Assembly (NCBI GenBank): GCA_019119775.1
Contig: DWWL01000076.1
Coordinates: 13,240-77,239 of the forward strand
Source of the DNA: Candidatus Lachnoclostridium pullistercoris
Lineage (GTDB): Bacteria > Bacillota > Clostridia > Lachnospirales > Lachnospiraceae
DNA length: 64,000 nucleotides
Direction: 5' to 3'
Below are positions 50,001 to 59,004 of this stretch, piece by piece. The notes under the pieces were generated by a model. That model made no database searches and was not told the origin of the DNA. It saw only the letters and a list, made by a program, of their open reading frames with translations. The translations under genes and the position numbers were made by a program. Positions within the stretch are counted from its first letter, which is position 1, and each line of letters begins with the position of its first letter.

Positions 50001-50105
50001 ACCCACATAAGCGCTTATGTAGGAAGAAAAATTAGGTAAAATGCCGTTTTTAAACGGCAGAAACCGACAAGAAAAATGTAAGAATTGTCTTTAAGGAGGG
50101 CGAGT

Positions 50106-50918
50106 ATGCAGGAGATTTCTGTACTATTTGTCGTGTTGGTGGTTCTGTACACCATTGTTGCGGTGGCAGACCAGATTTCTATTCAGTGCGGGATCTACAC
50201 CCCGCTGTTTGCAGCTACGTTTGTGGGATTCCTTTTAGGAGATATGCAGACCGGTCTGATCATCGGAGCAACGCTTCAGCTGATGACGCTGGGCGTAGCT
50301 ACCTACGGAGGAGCAACGGTTCCGGATTATCTGTCCGGAGCAATCATGGGAACGACTTACGCCATTATTTCCGGCGAGGGCGCAGAGTACGGCATTGCGC
50401 TGGCGATCCCGATCGGACTTTTGCTGACCCAGATGGATATTCTGGGAAGAATGTGCAACTCTTTCTTCCAGCACTACGCTGACCGCTGTGCGGAGAAGGG
50501 AGATTACAAGGGCGTTGAGAGAGCAAACCTGTTAGGTTTCCTTCCCTGGGCTCTGTCCCGTGTGATCCCGGTTATGGTGGGCCTGATCTTCGGAGAGGCT
50601 GTGGTAAACAGCATCAACGCGTTCATCCCCGCATGGTTTATGACCGGCCTTAAGACGGCGGGCGCCATCCTCCCGGCTATGGGTATGGCGATCCTGATGC
50701 GCTACCTGCCGTTAAAGAAATACTATGCTTACTTTATTATCGGATTTGTGATGCTGGCTTACGCAGGCTCCATGTTCAGCGTGATGGCCGCAGCTCTTCT
50801 GGGACTGGCCCTGGCTGCGATCCACTACTCCAGAACGAAGGACCGCGGGGCAGTGGCTGCTGTATCTGAAAACGGCATGGTGAGAATCGACGATGAGGAG
50901 GTAGAGATTAATGGCTAA
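50106..50918 (+). CDS. PTS mannose/fructose/sorbose family IIC
   Basis: GDMQTGLIIGATLQLMTLG..GGATVPD, LPAMGMAIL. Confidence 0.93.
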   Translation: MQEISVLFVVLVVLYTIVAVADQISIQCGIYTPLFAATFVGFLLGDMQTGLIIGATLQLMTLGVATYGGATVPDYLSGAIMGTTYAIISGEGAEYGIALAIPIGLLLTQMDILGRMCNSFFQHYADRCAEKGDYKGVERANLLGFLPWALSRVIPVMVGLIFGEAVVNSINAFIPAWFMTGLKTAGAILPAMGMAILMRYLPLKKYYAYFIIGFVMLAYAGSMFSVMAAALLGLALAAIHYSRTKDRGAVAAVSENGMVRIDDEEVEING

Positions 50919-51744
50919 TCAGACGGAGAGTACCAAGCTGACAAAGCAGGACATTAAAAAAGTCTATATCAGAAATCTGTTTGCATTCCAGTTCGGATGG
51001 AACTACGAAAAAATGCAGGGTCTGGGTTACGCCTACGTGATCATGCCGGTGTTGAAGCGCCTGTACAAAAATGATCCGGAGAAGATGAAAAAAGCCCTGA
51101 AAATGCAGCTTTCCTACTTCAACACCACTCCCGCCATGGCTCATCTGATCGCCGGCGCGGACATGGCTCTGGAGGAAGAGCTGGGCGTGGAGTCCGAGGA
51201 GACGGTAATGGCAGTAAAGACCGGCCTCATGGGACCGTTGGCAGGTGTGGGCGATACGCTGTTCATCGCCATCTACCGCGCCATCGTATTTTCCATCGCG
51301 GCTTACATTGCCATGCAGGGCAATCCGGTGGGACTGATCATCCCGTTGATCACCTGCGCGGCTGTGCTCTGGGTGAGATATAAATTTACCTGGATCGGCT
51401 ACAATTCCGGCCGTAAGCTGGCCACCAGCTTCGCCGACAGACTGGCTCCCATCACAGAGGCGGCCAGCATCCTGGGCCTGACCGTGGTCGGCGCCCTGAT
51501 CCCGTCCGTTATTTCCTACAAGACGGATCTGACCTTCATTATGGGAGAGGTAACCTTCTCCGTACAGGAAATGCTGGATAAGATCCTTCCCTGCATGCTG
51601 CCGTTAGGCATCGTAATGCTGTCCTACTGGCTGTTGGGCAAAAAGAACATCAACTCCACCAAGCTGATCTTTATCCTGATCGCTCTGGGAATGGTTCTCG
51701 GAAACCTGCAGACGATGCTGACCTTCGCGGCCGGATTGTTTTAA
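50911..51744 (+). CDS. PTS mannose family IID
   Basis: WNYEKMQGLG, FNTTP, KTGLMGPLAGVGD. Confidence 0.95.
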   Translation: MANQTESTKLTKQDIKKVYIRNLFAFQFGWNYEKMQGLGYAYVIMPVLKRLYKNDPEKMKKALKMQLSYFNTTPAMAHLIAGADMALEEELGVESEETVMAVKTGLMGPLAGVGDTLFIAIYRAIVFSIAAYIAMQGNPVGLIIPLITCAAVLWVRYKFTWIGYNSGRKLATSFADRLAPITEAASILGLTVVGALIPSVISYKTDLTFIMGEVTFSVQEMLDKILPCMLPLGIVMLSYWLLGKKNINSTKLIFILIALGMVLGNLQTMLTFAAGLF

Positions 51745-51759
51745 GTTCGGAGGTGTGGT

Positions 51760-52710
51760 ATGATAGGATTAATTGTGACTGGGCATGGAAATTTTGCCAC
51801 TGGGATCACCAGCAGCCTGCGGCTGATCGTGGGGGAAATCTTCGACTATGAGGCGGTGGATTTCCTTCCGGAGGATTCCATTGAGATGCTGACGGAAAAG
51901 CTGAAAAATGCGGCCGCCAGACTGGAAGGCTGCAGCAGCATCCTGGTGCTGACAGACCTGGCCGGCGGTTCCCCCTACAATGTGGCTTCCAAGCTGCGCA
52001 TGGAGCGCAAAGATACTATGGAAGTGATCGCCGGCATCAACCTGGCGGCTCTCATCGAGGCCGGAATGGGCAGAGAGAGCGCCGCGGACGCGAAAGAACT
52101 GGTTCAGACGGTGCAGGAGACTGCAAAAGAGCAGGTGATCCGCTTCCTGACGGACGAGGAGCAGGCGGCTGCGGCTGCGGCGAAGCCTGCCAAAAAGGCG
52201 GCGGTGCGCCGGGCAAACCCCGACGGACCGAAGGGAACGATCGTTCACGCCAGAGTGGATGAGCGTCTGATCCACGGCCAGGTGGCCATGGTGTGGACCA
52301 ACACGGTGGGCGCCAGCCGGATCGTTGTGGTAAACGACGATGTACTGAAGGATGACATGGCTCTGGCAGGACTGAAGATGGCAAAGCCGGCCGGCGTGAA
52401 GCTGTCCATCATGACAGTGAAGCGGGCTGTGCAGCGCCTGAAGGAGAACTCCTATCCGGGAGATCGGATCTTTGTGATCACGAAGAATATTTCCGACATG
52501 GCAGAGCTGATCCGCCAGGGCGTGGGGATCGAGAAGGTGAACGTTGGAAACGTGGCCAAGAGAGAGGGATCCAGAAATATCAAGAAATCTGTAAATCTGA
52601 CGGATAAGGATATTGCGGATATCCACGAGATGATCGATTCCGGACACGCAGTGACGGCTCAGATGATTCCCAATGAATCAGACCAGTCCATATTAAATTA
52701 TCTGCAGTAA
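51760..52710 (+). CDS. PTS mannose family IIA-IIB fusion
   Basis: VTGHG, DLAGGSP; Ala/Pro/Lys linker; RVDERLIHGQV. Confidence 0.93.
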   Translation: MIGLIVTGHGNFATGITSSLRLIVGEIFDYEAVDFLPEDSIEMLTEKLKNAAARLEGCSSILVLTDLAGGSPYNVASKLRMERKDTMEVIAGINLAALIEAGMGRESAADAKELVQTVQETAKEQVIRFLTDEEQAAAAAAKPAKKAAVRRANPDGPKGTIVHARVDERLIHGQVAMVWTNTVGASRIVVVNDDVLKDDMALAGLKMAKPAGVKLSIMTVKRAVQRLKENSYPGDRIFVITKNISDMAELIRQGVGIEKVNVGNVAKREGSRNIKKSVNLTDKDIADIHEMIDSGHAVTAQMIPNESDQSILNYLQ

Positions 52711-52734
52711 GACAGTGACAGGGAGGAAATCGCC

Positions 52735-53619
52735 GTGGACCATATTATGCTGAAAATTCGGGAACGTTACAACCAGATGAGCAAGGGGGATAAAAGAATT
52801 TCAGATTTTATCCTGGAAAATCACGACCGGCTCCTGGGGATGACGGCGGCGGATATTGCACAGGCCAGCGGGGTTTCCTCCGCGTCTGTGATCCGGTATG
52901 TGAAAAAAATGGGGGCGGACGGCCTGGACGGCTTTAAGTTGGAGCTGGCCTCTGTCCGGGAAAAGCCGGAGAGCGGAGGAGAGTGGAGGATGGCGGATCC
53001 CATCCTCTCTGATGAAGATAATCTGGACACCATCTGTTCCAAAGTCAAGGCCAGGACGGACAATGCGGTCCGGGACTTTTTCTATCAGCTGGACAAAGAG
53101 GAGCTGAAAAAAGGGGTGGAGGCAGTCAAAAAGGCGAGGAAGATCTATCTCCTGGGCCTGGGCGCCTCCTACGCCTCGGCGTACGATCTGTTTCACAAGC
53201 TGCGCCGGGCGGGCTTTGACGCAAACTGCTACCAGGATATCAACATGGTGACTGAGTTTTTCAGCTATCTGGACCACCGGGATGTGGTGCTGGCCTTTTC
53301 CTACAGCGGCCAGTCAAAAGAGATCCTGTACAGCTGCGGGAAAGCCCATGAGAGAAAGGCGAAGGTGATCGCCGTCACCAGACGGGGAAACACCCCTTTA
53401 AGGAAACTGGCGGATATCTGCCTGTGCGTTCCTGATCTGGAGGATGTGCGCCGGGTCGGCGCGTTTGAGTCCCTGCAGACCTCCCTGATCATGGGATGGC
53501 TGATCTATCTGGGCGCTATCCGCGAGGACTTTAAGCGGATCGAGATCGAGCTGGTGAAGACCAGAAAGATGGTGGAAGGTCTGAAAGAGAAGATAGAGAG
53601 TGAGGAAAGAACATGGTAA
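52735..53619 (+). CDS. MurR/RpiR family regulator
   Basis: HTH GVSSASVIRY plus SIS GLGAS, FSYSGQS. Confidence 0.9.
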   Translation: MDHIMLKIRERYNQMSKGDKRISDFILENHDRLLGMTAADIAQASGVSSASVIRYVKKMGADGLDGFKLELASVREKPESGGEWRMADPILSDEDNLDTICSKVKARTDNAVRDFFYQLDKEELKKGVEAVKKARKIYLLGLGASYASAYDLFHKLRRAGFDANCYQDINMVTEFFSYLDHRDVVLAFSYSGQSKEILYSCGKAHERKAKVIAVTRRGNTPLRKLADICLCVPDLEDVRRVGAFESLQTSLIMGWLIYLGAIREDFKRIEIELVKTRKMVEGLKEKIESEERTW

Positions 53620-54518
53620 ATATAGACGGGCTGACGACAGAGACAGTGAACGAAGCCACAAAACATATTGACGAGATGGATGCCCTGGGCATTGTCACCC
53701 TGATCAATCAGGAGGACAAAAAGGTGGCAGAGGCGATTGAGAAAGAGCTGCCCAACGTGGCGAAGGCGGTGGACGCTGTGGCCGAGCGCTTTAAAAAGGG
53801 CGGCCGGATCATTTACTGCGGAGCAGGTACCTCCGGAAGAATGGGAACTCTGGACGCGGTGGAGCTGACGCCTACCTACAGTGTTTCTCCGGACCGTGCC
53901 TTCGGCCTTCTGGCCGGCGGCGAGCAGGCGATGTACAAGGCCGTGGAGGGCGCTGAGGACTCCGCGGAGCTGGCAGTGGCCGATTTAAAGAAAGTGGGCC
54001 TGACGGCTGACGACTGTGTGATCGGAGTGGCGGCCAGCGGCAGAACGCCCTACACTCTGGCAGCGATCAAATATGCCAATGAGGTTGGAGCGCTGAGTGT
54101 GTCCGTGACCTGCAACGGCAACAGCGAGATGGCCGGGGAGGCGCAGATCTCCATCGCCCCCATCGTAGGACCGGAGGTGATCAGCGGTTCCACCAGAATG
54201 AAGGCGGGAACGGCTCAGAAGATGGTGCTCAACATGATTTCCACCGGCGTGATGGTGCGTGTGGGAAAAGTTTACCAGAACTACATGGTTCATGTGCAGC
54301 CCACCAACGAAAAGCTGGTGGTGAGAGCGGAGAGAATGATCTCTGAGATCACCGGAGCAGACCGTGACAAGGCGGCAGAGGCGTTAAAGGAGTCTAAAAT
54401 GGCGGTGCCGGAGGCGATCGTTATGGTGTCTGCCGGATGCGGACTGGACAGGGCAAAAGAGGTTCTGGACCAGACAGACGGACGCGTGCGGGAGGCTATT
54501 AAGCTGGCAAAACAGTGA
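53613..54518 (+). CDS. murQ: N-acetylmuramic acid 6-phosphate etherase
   Basis: GAGTSGRMG, AVEGAED, AASGRTPY, GPEVISGSTRMKAGTAQK. Confidence 0.96.
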   Translation: MVNIDGLTTETVNEATKHIDEMDALGIVTLINQEDKKVAEAIEKELPNVAKAVDAVAERFKKGGRIIYCGAGTSGRMGTLDAVELTPTYSVSPDRAFGLLAGGEQAMYKAVEGAEDSAELAVADLKKVGLTADDCVIGVAASGRTPYTLAAIKYANEVGALSVSVTCNGNSEMAGEAQISIAPIVGPEVISGSTRMKAGTAQKMVLNMISTGVMVRVGKVYQNYMVHVQPTNEKLVVRAERMISEITGADRDKAAEALKESKMAVPEAIVMVSAGCGLDRAKEVLDQTDGRVREAIKLAKQ

Positions 54519-54544
54519 CATCAGGCAGAGAGCGGGGAGTGGAT

Positions 54545-55531
54545 ATGAAAGACTGGGAGAGCGTACACAGACAGATCAGGGATCTGATCCAGGAAAAAGT
54601 GATCTGGGGAGCGTCCTACGGCTTTGTGCGGGAAGGAAAACTGTACCCCTTTTATGAGGGGGTGCAGGGAGCCGTGGAGCCGTGGTCCGAAAGAAAGCTG
54701 GAGCCGGGAATGTTTTATGATCTGGCTTCTCTGACAAAGGTGACGGGAACGTCCACCAGGATCCTGCAGCTGATCGGAGAGGGAAAACTGGATTTTTCCA
54801 CCCCGGTGCAGGCAGTGCTGGAGCGGTTTTCCTGTCCGGAGACGACGGTGGGAAACCTGCTGCTTCATGACAGCGGCCTGCCGGCGGAGATCCCGGACAA
54901 GGCGTCGCTGACGGCTGACAACATCAGGGAACGCCTGTTTGAGACGAAGCCGGAGGCAGCTCCCGGGGAGAGATACTGCTATTCCGATCCCGGATTTATG
55001 CTGCTGGGAATGATCGTGGAGGAATCAGACGGAGTCAGCCTGGATGAGAGCTATCGGGAACACATTTTTGAGCCTCTGGGGCTTAAAAATACTTCCTACC
55101 ATCCGAAAGGGGAAATCGGACGGTTTATTCCCGAGGAGCACAGCCAGAGCAGGGGCTGGATCTGCGGAGAGGTTCATGACTCCAAAGCCTATCTCATGGG
55201 AGAGAGCGGCAGCGCGGGACTTTTTTCCACTCTGGACGACATGCTGCATTATGTAAAAGCCTGGCTGGAGCGGGACGAGAGGCTGCTTCGCCGGGAGTTA
55301 TTTGAAAAAGTGGAACACACCTGCCATTTTGACAGGACCTATGGCTGGGGAACGGAGTACGGGGCGGGAACCCTGTACCATTCCGGATTTACGGGAACGT
55401 CCATTCTCATGGACATGAAGGCGGGAGAGGGATTTGTTCTTCTCACCAACCGGATCCATCCCAGCCGGGACAATACGGAATTTCTGGAACGAAGGAAACA
55501 GATCAACAGGCTGTGGCTGGGAAGTGAATGA
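54545..55531 (+). CDS. Beta-lactamase-family serine hydrolase, no signal peptide
   Basis: DLASLTK (SxxK), LLLHDSG, YSD, GEVHD, HSGFTG, LTNRIHP. Confidence 0.88.
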   Translation: MKDWESVHRQIRDLIQEKVIWGASYGFVREGKLYPFYEGVQGAVEPWSERKLEPGMFYDLASLTKVTGTSTRILQLIGEGKLDFSTPVQAVLERFSCPETTVGNLLLHDSGLPAEIPDKASLTADNIRERLFETKPEAAPGERYCYSDPGFMLLGMIVEESDGVSLDESYREHIFEPLGLKNTSYHPKGEIGRFIPEEHSQSRGWICGEVHDSKAYLMGESGSAGLFSTLDDMLHYVKAWLERDERLLRRELFEKVEHTCHFDRTYGWGTEYGAGTLYHSGFTGTSILMDMKAGEGFVLLTNRIHPSRDNTEFLERRKQINRLWLGSE

Positions 55532-55586
55532 AGGGGACAGCCGCAGCTTAAAATGGAAAAGGAATACGAGAACGGGAGAGTGTGAT

Positions 55587-57620
55587 ATGAAAAAATGGCG
55601 TGCAGCAGCGGCAGGATGTGCTGTGGGCCTGGCAGCGATCAGCTTATTTGGCTGCCAGAGCTCAGGGGACAGCACCACTGCAGCTGAGGAAACAACGGTG
55701 AGTGAGGCGGAGAGCACAGAGGAGACGGCTGAGTCCGCAGAGGAGAGCCAGGAAAATATGACCATGCGCGTGGCTACCTGGAACGTGGACTCCAAGGCTC
55801 ATCCGGACATTAAGAAAATGTCGGACATTATCAAGGAAAACGGCGTGGAGATCATGGGATTCCAGGAGATCGACGTGAACAACACGAGAAATGATTACGA
55901 CATGGTCCAGGATTTTGTCAATGACAATTATCCTTATGTTCACTTCGCAAAGGGAAGAGATTTCGCCAACGGCGGATTCGGAGTGGGCGTTACCTCCCAG
56001 TATGAACTGAAAGAGGTCAGCTCCATCCCCATCGAGAGCACCGGCAGCAAGGCCACCAAAGTTCTGGAGCGCACAGTGTTTGAGAAAGACGGACGGGAGA
56101 TTGCTTTCTACGTGACGCATACCAGCTGGGAGAACACGGATCTGAGACGGCGTCAGTTCGCGGAGATCATTGAGCGTGTGAAACAGGATCCGGTGGAGTA
56201 CAAGATCATGGTGGCGGACTGGAACGCAGACCAGAGCCTCTATGAGTTCACCATGTTTGAGGACGCGTTCAACATTGCCAACGGCAAGGACGGAAAATGG
56301 TTTGATACCTTTAACGGCACCGACGATTCCATGAAGGTGATGACTGTGGACAACATCATCACCACCAAGAACATCCGCATCACAGATGTGGGAACGGTGC
56401 ACAGTGATATGGCGGATCACGACATGCTCTGGGCAGATCTGGAATTCTTAGATAAGGCGGAAGGAGAGCCGGCGACGGACAACCGCGCTCTGGGTCAGGA
56501 AGTGACAGCCTCCTCCACGGCAGAGGACAGCGATCCCTACATGCTGAATGATTACGATATGGACACCTGCTGGACGGCAGCGGAAGGCGGCGAGCAGAGC
56601 GTTGTGCTGGAGCTGGACCGCGTGTATGACGGCAGCCAGGCAGAAATCTACTGGGGAGACGCAAAGCCGGAGAGCTGCACGGTGGCAGTTTCCACGGACG
56701 GAACCAACTACACGGAGGTTTCTGCTGCGGAGGCAGACGGCCGCACAGAGGCTGCGCTGGACGGCGGTGTGAAATTTATCCGTCTGGAAATGAGCGGAAA
56801 TGAGCCGGCCCAGATCCGGGAACTGCAGGTGTTCGGCGACTTTATCGTGCCGGAGAGCGTTCCGGAGGACAATCTGCTGGCAAATGGAGACATGGAGACA
56901 GAAGATGGCTGGGAGCTTGCGGACATCACTGCGCCGGCAGAGGATGGCGATGCAGCAGAGGAAGGCGAGGCAGCTTCTTATGAGTTTGGCTATACGGAGG
57001 ATGCCCACAGCGGCAGCCAGGCGGCGGTGATCACCAAGAGCGGAAAAGACGCGGCCGGAGACGGAGTGATCCGTCAGACCATTTCCATCGAGCCCAACAA
57101 GCGCTATCAGCTGAGTTTCTGGCACAAGACGGATACTCTGGATTCCGCTTCCTTCACCTATGAGATCAACCAGAAGGATAAGGACGGAAACACTATTTCC
57201 ACCCATCTGGCCAGCTTAAACGACAACCTGAACATGAGCCAGGAGTACAGGGAGTTTGATTATAACTTTATCACTTCTCCCTATGCGGTGTCGGCAGATA
57301 TCGCTCTTCACGTTGTGGCGGGCGAGGGCAGCCTGTATGTGGACGACATGGCAGTGCGGGAAGTGATCCCCACAGAGGTCATCTTTGTGAAAGCGGAGAA
57401 TGACGAGCTGGCAGTGGGAGACACCACGAAAGTGACAGCCCAGATCCTTCCGGAAAATGCCAATGACCTGACCTTCCACTGGACCAGCAGCGACGAGAGC
57501 GTGATCACGGTGGCTGAGGACGGAACGGTTACTGCCGTAGGTGCGGGAAGTGCTTACGCCCAGTACGTAAATTCCGGAGATCTGACGGCAGAGTCTTCTG
57601 TGCTGATCACCGTAAAATAA
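55587..57620 (+). CDS. Lipoprotein: endonuclease/exonuclease/phosphatase domain + F5/8 + CBM4/9-like + Ig-like (Big_2)
   Basis: LFGC lipobox; ATWNV, FQEID, ADWN, VDNI, ADHD; NLLANGDME; WTSSDESVITV..GTVTAV. Confidence 0.82.
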   Translation: MKKWRAAAAGCAVGLAAISLFGCQSSGDSTTAAEETTVSEAESTEETAESAEESQENMTMRVATWNVDSKAHPDIKKMSDIIKENGVEIMGFQEIDVNNTRNDYDMVQDFVNDNYPYVHFAKGRDFANGGFGVGVTSQYELKEVSSIPIESTGSKATKVLERTVFEKDGREIAFYVTHTSWENTDLRRRQFAEIIERVKQDPVEYKIMVADWNADQSLYEFTMFEDAFNIANGKDGKWFDTFNGTDDSMKVMTVDNIITTKNIRITDVGTVHSDMADHDMLWADLEFLDKAEGEPATDNRALGQEVTASSTAEDSDPYMLNDYDMDTCWTAAEGGEQSVVLELDRVYDGSQAEIYWGDAKPESCTVAVSTDGTNYTEVSAAEADGRTEAALDGGVKFIRLEMSGNEPAQIRELQVFGDFIVPESVPEDNLLANGDMETEDGWELADITAPAEDGDAAEEGEAASYEFGYTEDAHSGSQAAVITKSGKDAAGDGVIRQTISIEPNKRYQLSFWHKTDTLDSASFTYEINQKDKDGNTISTHLASLNDNLNMSQEYREFDYNFITSPYAVSADIALHVVAGEGSLYVDDMAVREVIPTEVIFVKAENDELAVGDTTKVTAQILPENANDLTFHWTSSDESVITVAEDGTVTAVGAGSAYAQYVNSGDLTAESSVLITVK

Positions 57621-57735
57621 CCGGGATACGGGAAATGAGTATGAATTGAGAGAATAAAAAAGGCACGGCCTTCTTCGCGGAGTATGCGAGAGAGGGCCGT
57701 GCTTATTTTTGGCGGTGCGGCAGACCGTGCACGGT

Positions 57736-57862
57736 GCGCTGCGGAGATCGCACTGCGGCGGAAAGGAAAACGCCGCTATTGGCCTGGCTGTCAAAATCTA
57801 CAGCCAGAACCTTCGCGGCCCGCCGCAGAGGGAAAATGCCGCTTTCGCGGCCCGCCGCAGGC
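57736..57862 (+). repeat. Intergenic repeat, copy 3, with duplicated core
   Basis: CGCACTGCGGCGGAAAGGAAAA and two TTCGCGGCCCGCCGCAG cores. Confidence 0.65.
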
Positions 57863-57939
57863 GGAGAATCCTGCGGAGCGGGATTCTTGGAGCAGGACTC
57901 TTTTAAAGAATCAGGTCCGGCAGGAAATGGCCTGTGAGG

Positions 57940-58509
57940 TTATTCTGCCCAGGGAAGGTCCACCTCAATGTAGTCGTGATGAACGGCGGGCAGGAATTTC
58001 TCCAGCACATCGTCCCGCTTCAGCCGCAGGCTGGAGGTGTTGATGCAGGGATGACAGCCGATCAGCTCATGGGTGAGAACGTCTTTGTCGATCAGCAGCT
58101 GGACGCGGTTCTCATGATCGTTCATCAGCCCCATGATGGAGACGGATCCGGGAGTCAGGTCCAGAAACTCTTCCATAAATTCCGGTCCGGCAAAGGACAG
58201 GCGGGCAGAGTGGATCTGCTTGGACAAAACGGCGGTTTTGAATTTTTTCGTTCCCGGCATCATCAGCAGGTAAAATTTCGTTTTCTGCGCGTTGCAGAGA
58301 AAGAGGTTTTTGCAGATTTCAATGCCTAAGAGCCGGTCGATATCGTGGCAGCCCTCGATGGTCCCTACTGCGTCGTGGTCCAGCCGGTCATAGGGGATCT
58401 TCAGCTGATCCAGCAGATCGTAGGTGCGCACCTCCTTCGGGAGACGCCCGGAACAGTCGCCGGGGCGGCCGTGATGCAGGGTCCGGTCTATGTAAAATGC
58501 TTCGCTCAT
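57940..58509 (-). CDS. Prolyl-tRNA editing protein (YbaK/ProX family)
   Basis: CKNLFL, RLSFA, PGSVSIMGLMND, HPCINTSS. Confidence 0.9.
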   Translation of the reverse strand: MSEAFYIDRTLHHGRPGDCSGRLPKEVRTYDLLDQLKIPYDRLDHDAVGTIEGCHDIDRLLGIEICKNLFLCNAQKTKFYLLMMPGTKKFKTAVLSKQIHSARLSFAGPEFMEEFLDLTPGSVSIMGLMNDHENRVQLLIDKDVLTHELIGCHPCINTSSLRLKRDDVLEKFLPAVHHDYIEVDLPWAE

Positions 58510-58742
58510 GTGATTTCCTTCTTTCTGCAGTTTTTAAAGACGTCATTTAGCCTGGACCGCCCCATGATGGCAGCGGTTACGTCTATTATAGCCGGATGGG
58601 GAGAAAATGCAAGAGGGGGACATGCGGCTGAATCTGCCGAATTATGAGCGAATGACCGAACGGATGCGGAATGGGAGCGGGAAGATTTTTGCACCGTTTT
58701 TGCGCTGAATGGAGGATTTTTCTGCAGGAACGGGAGGAGATA

Positions 58743-58836
58743 TGGTATAATATGAGCACTTGACGAGGTATTTCACGAGTCTAGTGCGAATATATGCCTG
58801 GGCGCTTAGCGAGGTATTTCACGAGCTTAGCGGCCA
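58743..58836 (+). ncRNA. Candidate structured leader RNA with twin hairpins upstream of rlmD
   Basis: TGGTATAAT then two hairpins sharing loop GAGGTATTTCACGA with covarying stems. Confidence 0.6.
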
Positions 58837-59004
58837 TGGTATAATGGGCGAAAGCGAGGCTGCGCGGCGGGATCCAGCAAAGCCGGAGGAGAAAGAGAAC
58901 CCCGCGGGTTCTGCCTGGGGATCGGCTGTCTGACGGATGAATCCCGGGCCGGCGGCGCAGGAGAGCAGTTCGGCGGAAAATGATGAAGAAAAAGGAGAAT
59001 ATTG

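Noticed and set aside
8155-52647. Long antisense ORFs (e.g. 8155-9228, 19435-20718, 48493-49437, 51769-52647)
   Set aside because: Shadows of GC-rich sense genes; no motifs or RBS
54545-55531. Antibiotic-resistance beta-lactamase
   Set aside because: No signal peptide; murQ context favours an amidase/esterase
58756-58836. CRISPR array or type III antitoxin repeats
   Set aside because: Only two units, no unique spacers, no cas or toxin gene; the differing parts are paired stems
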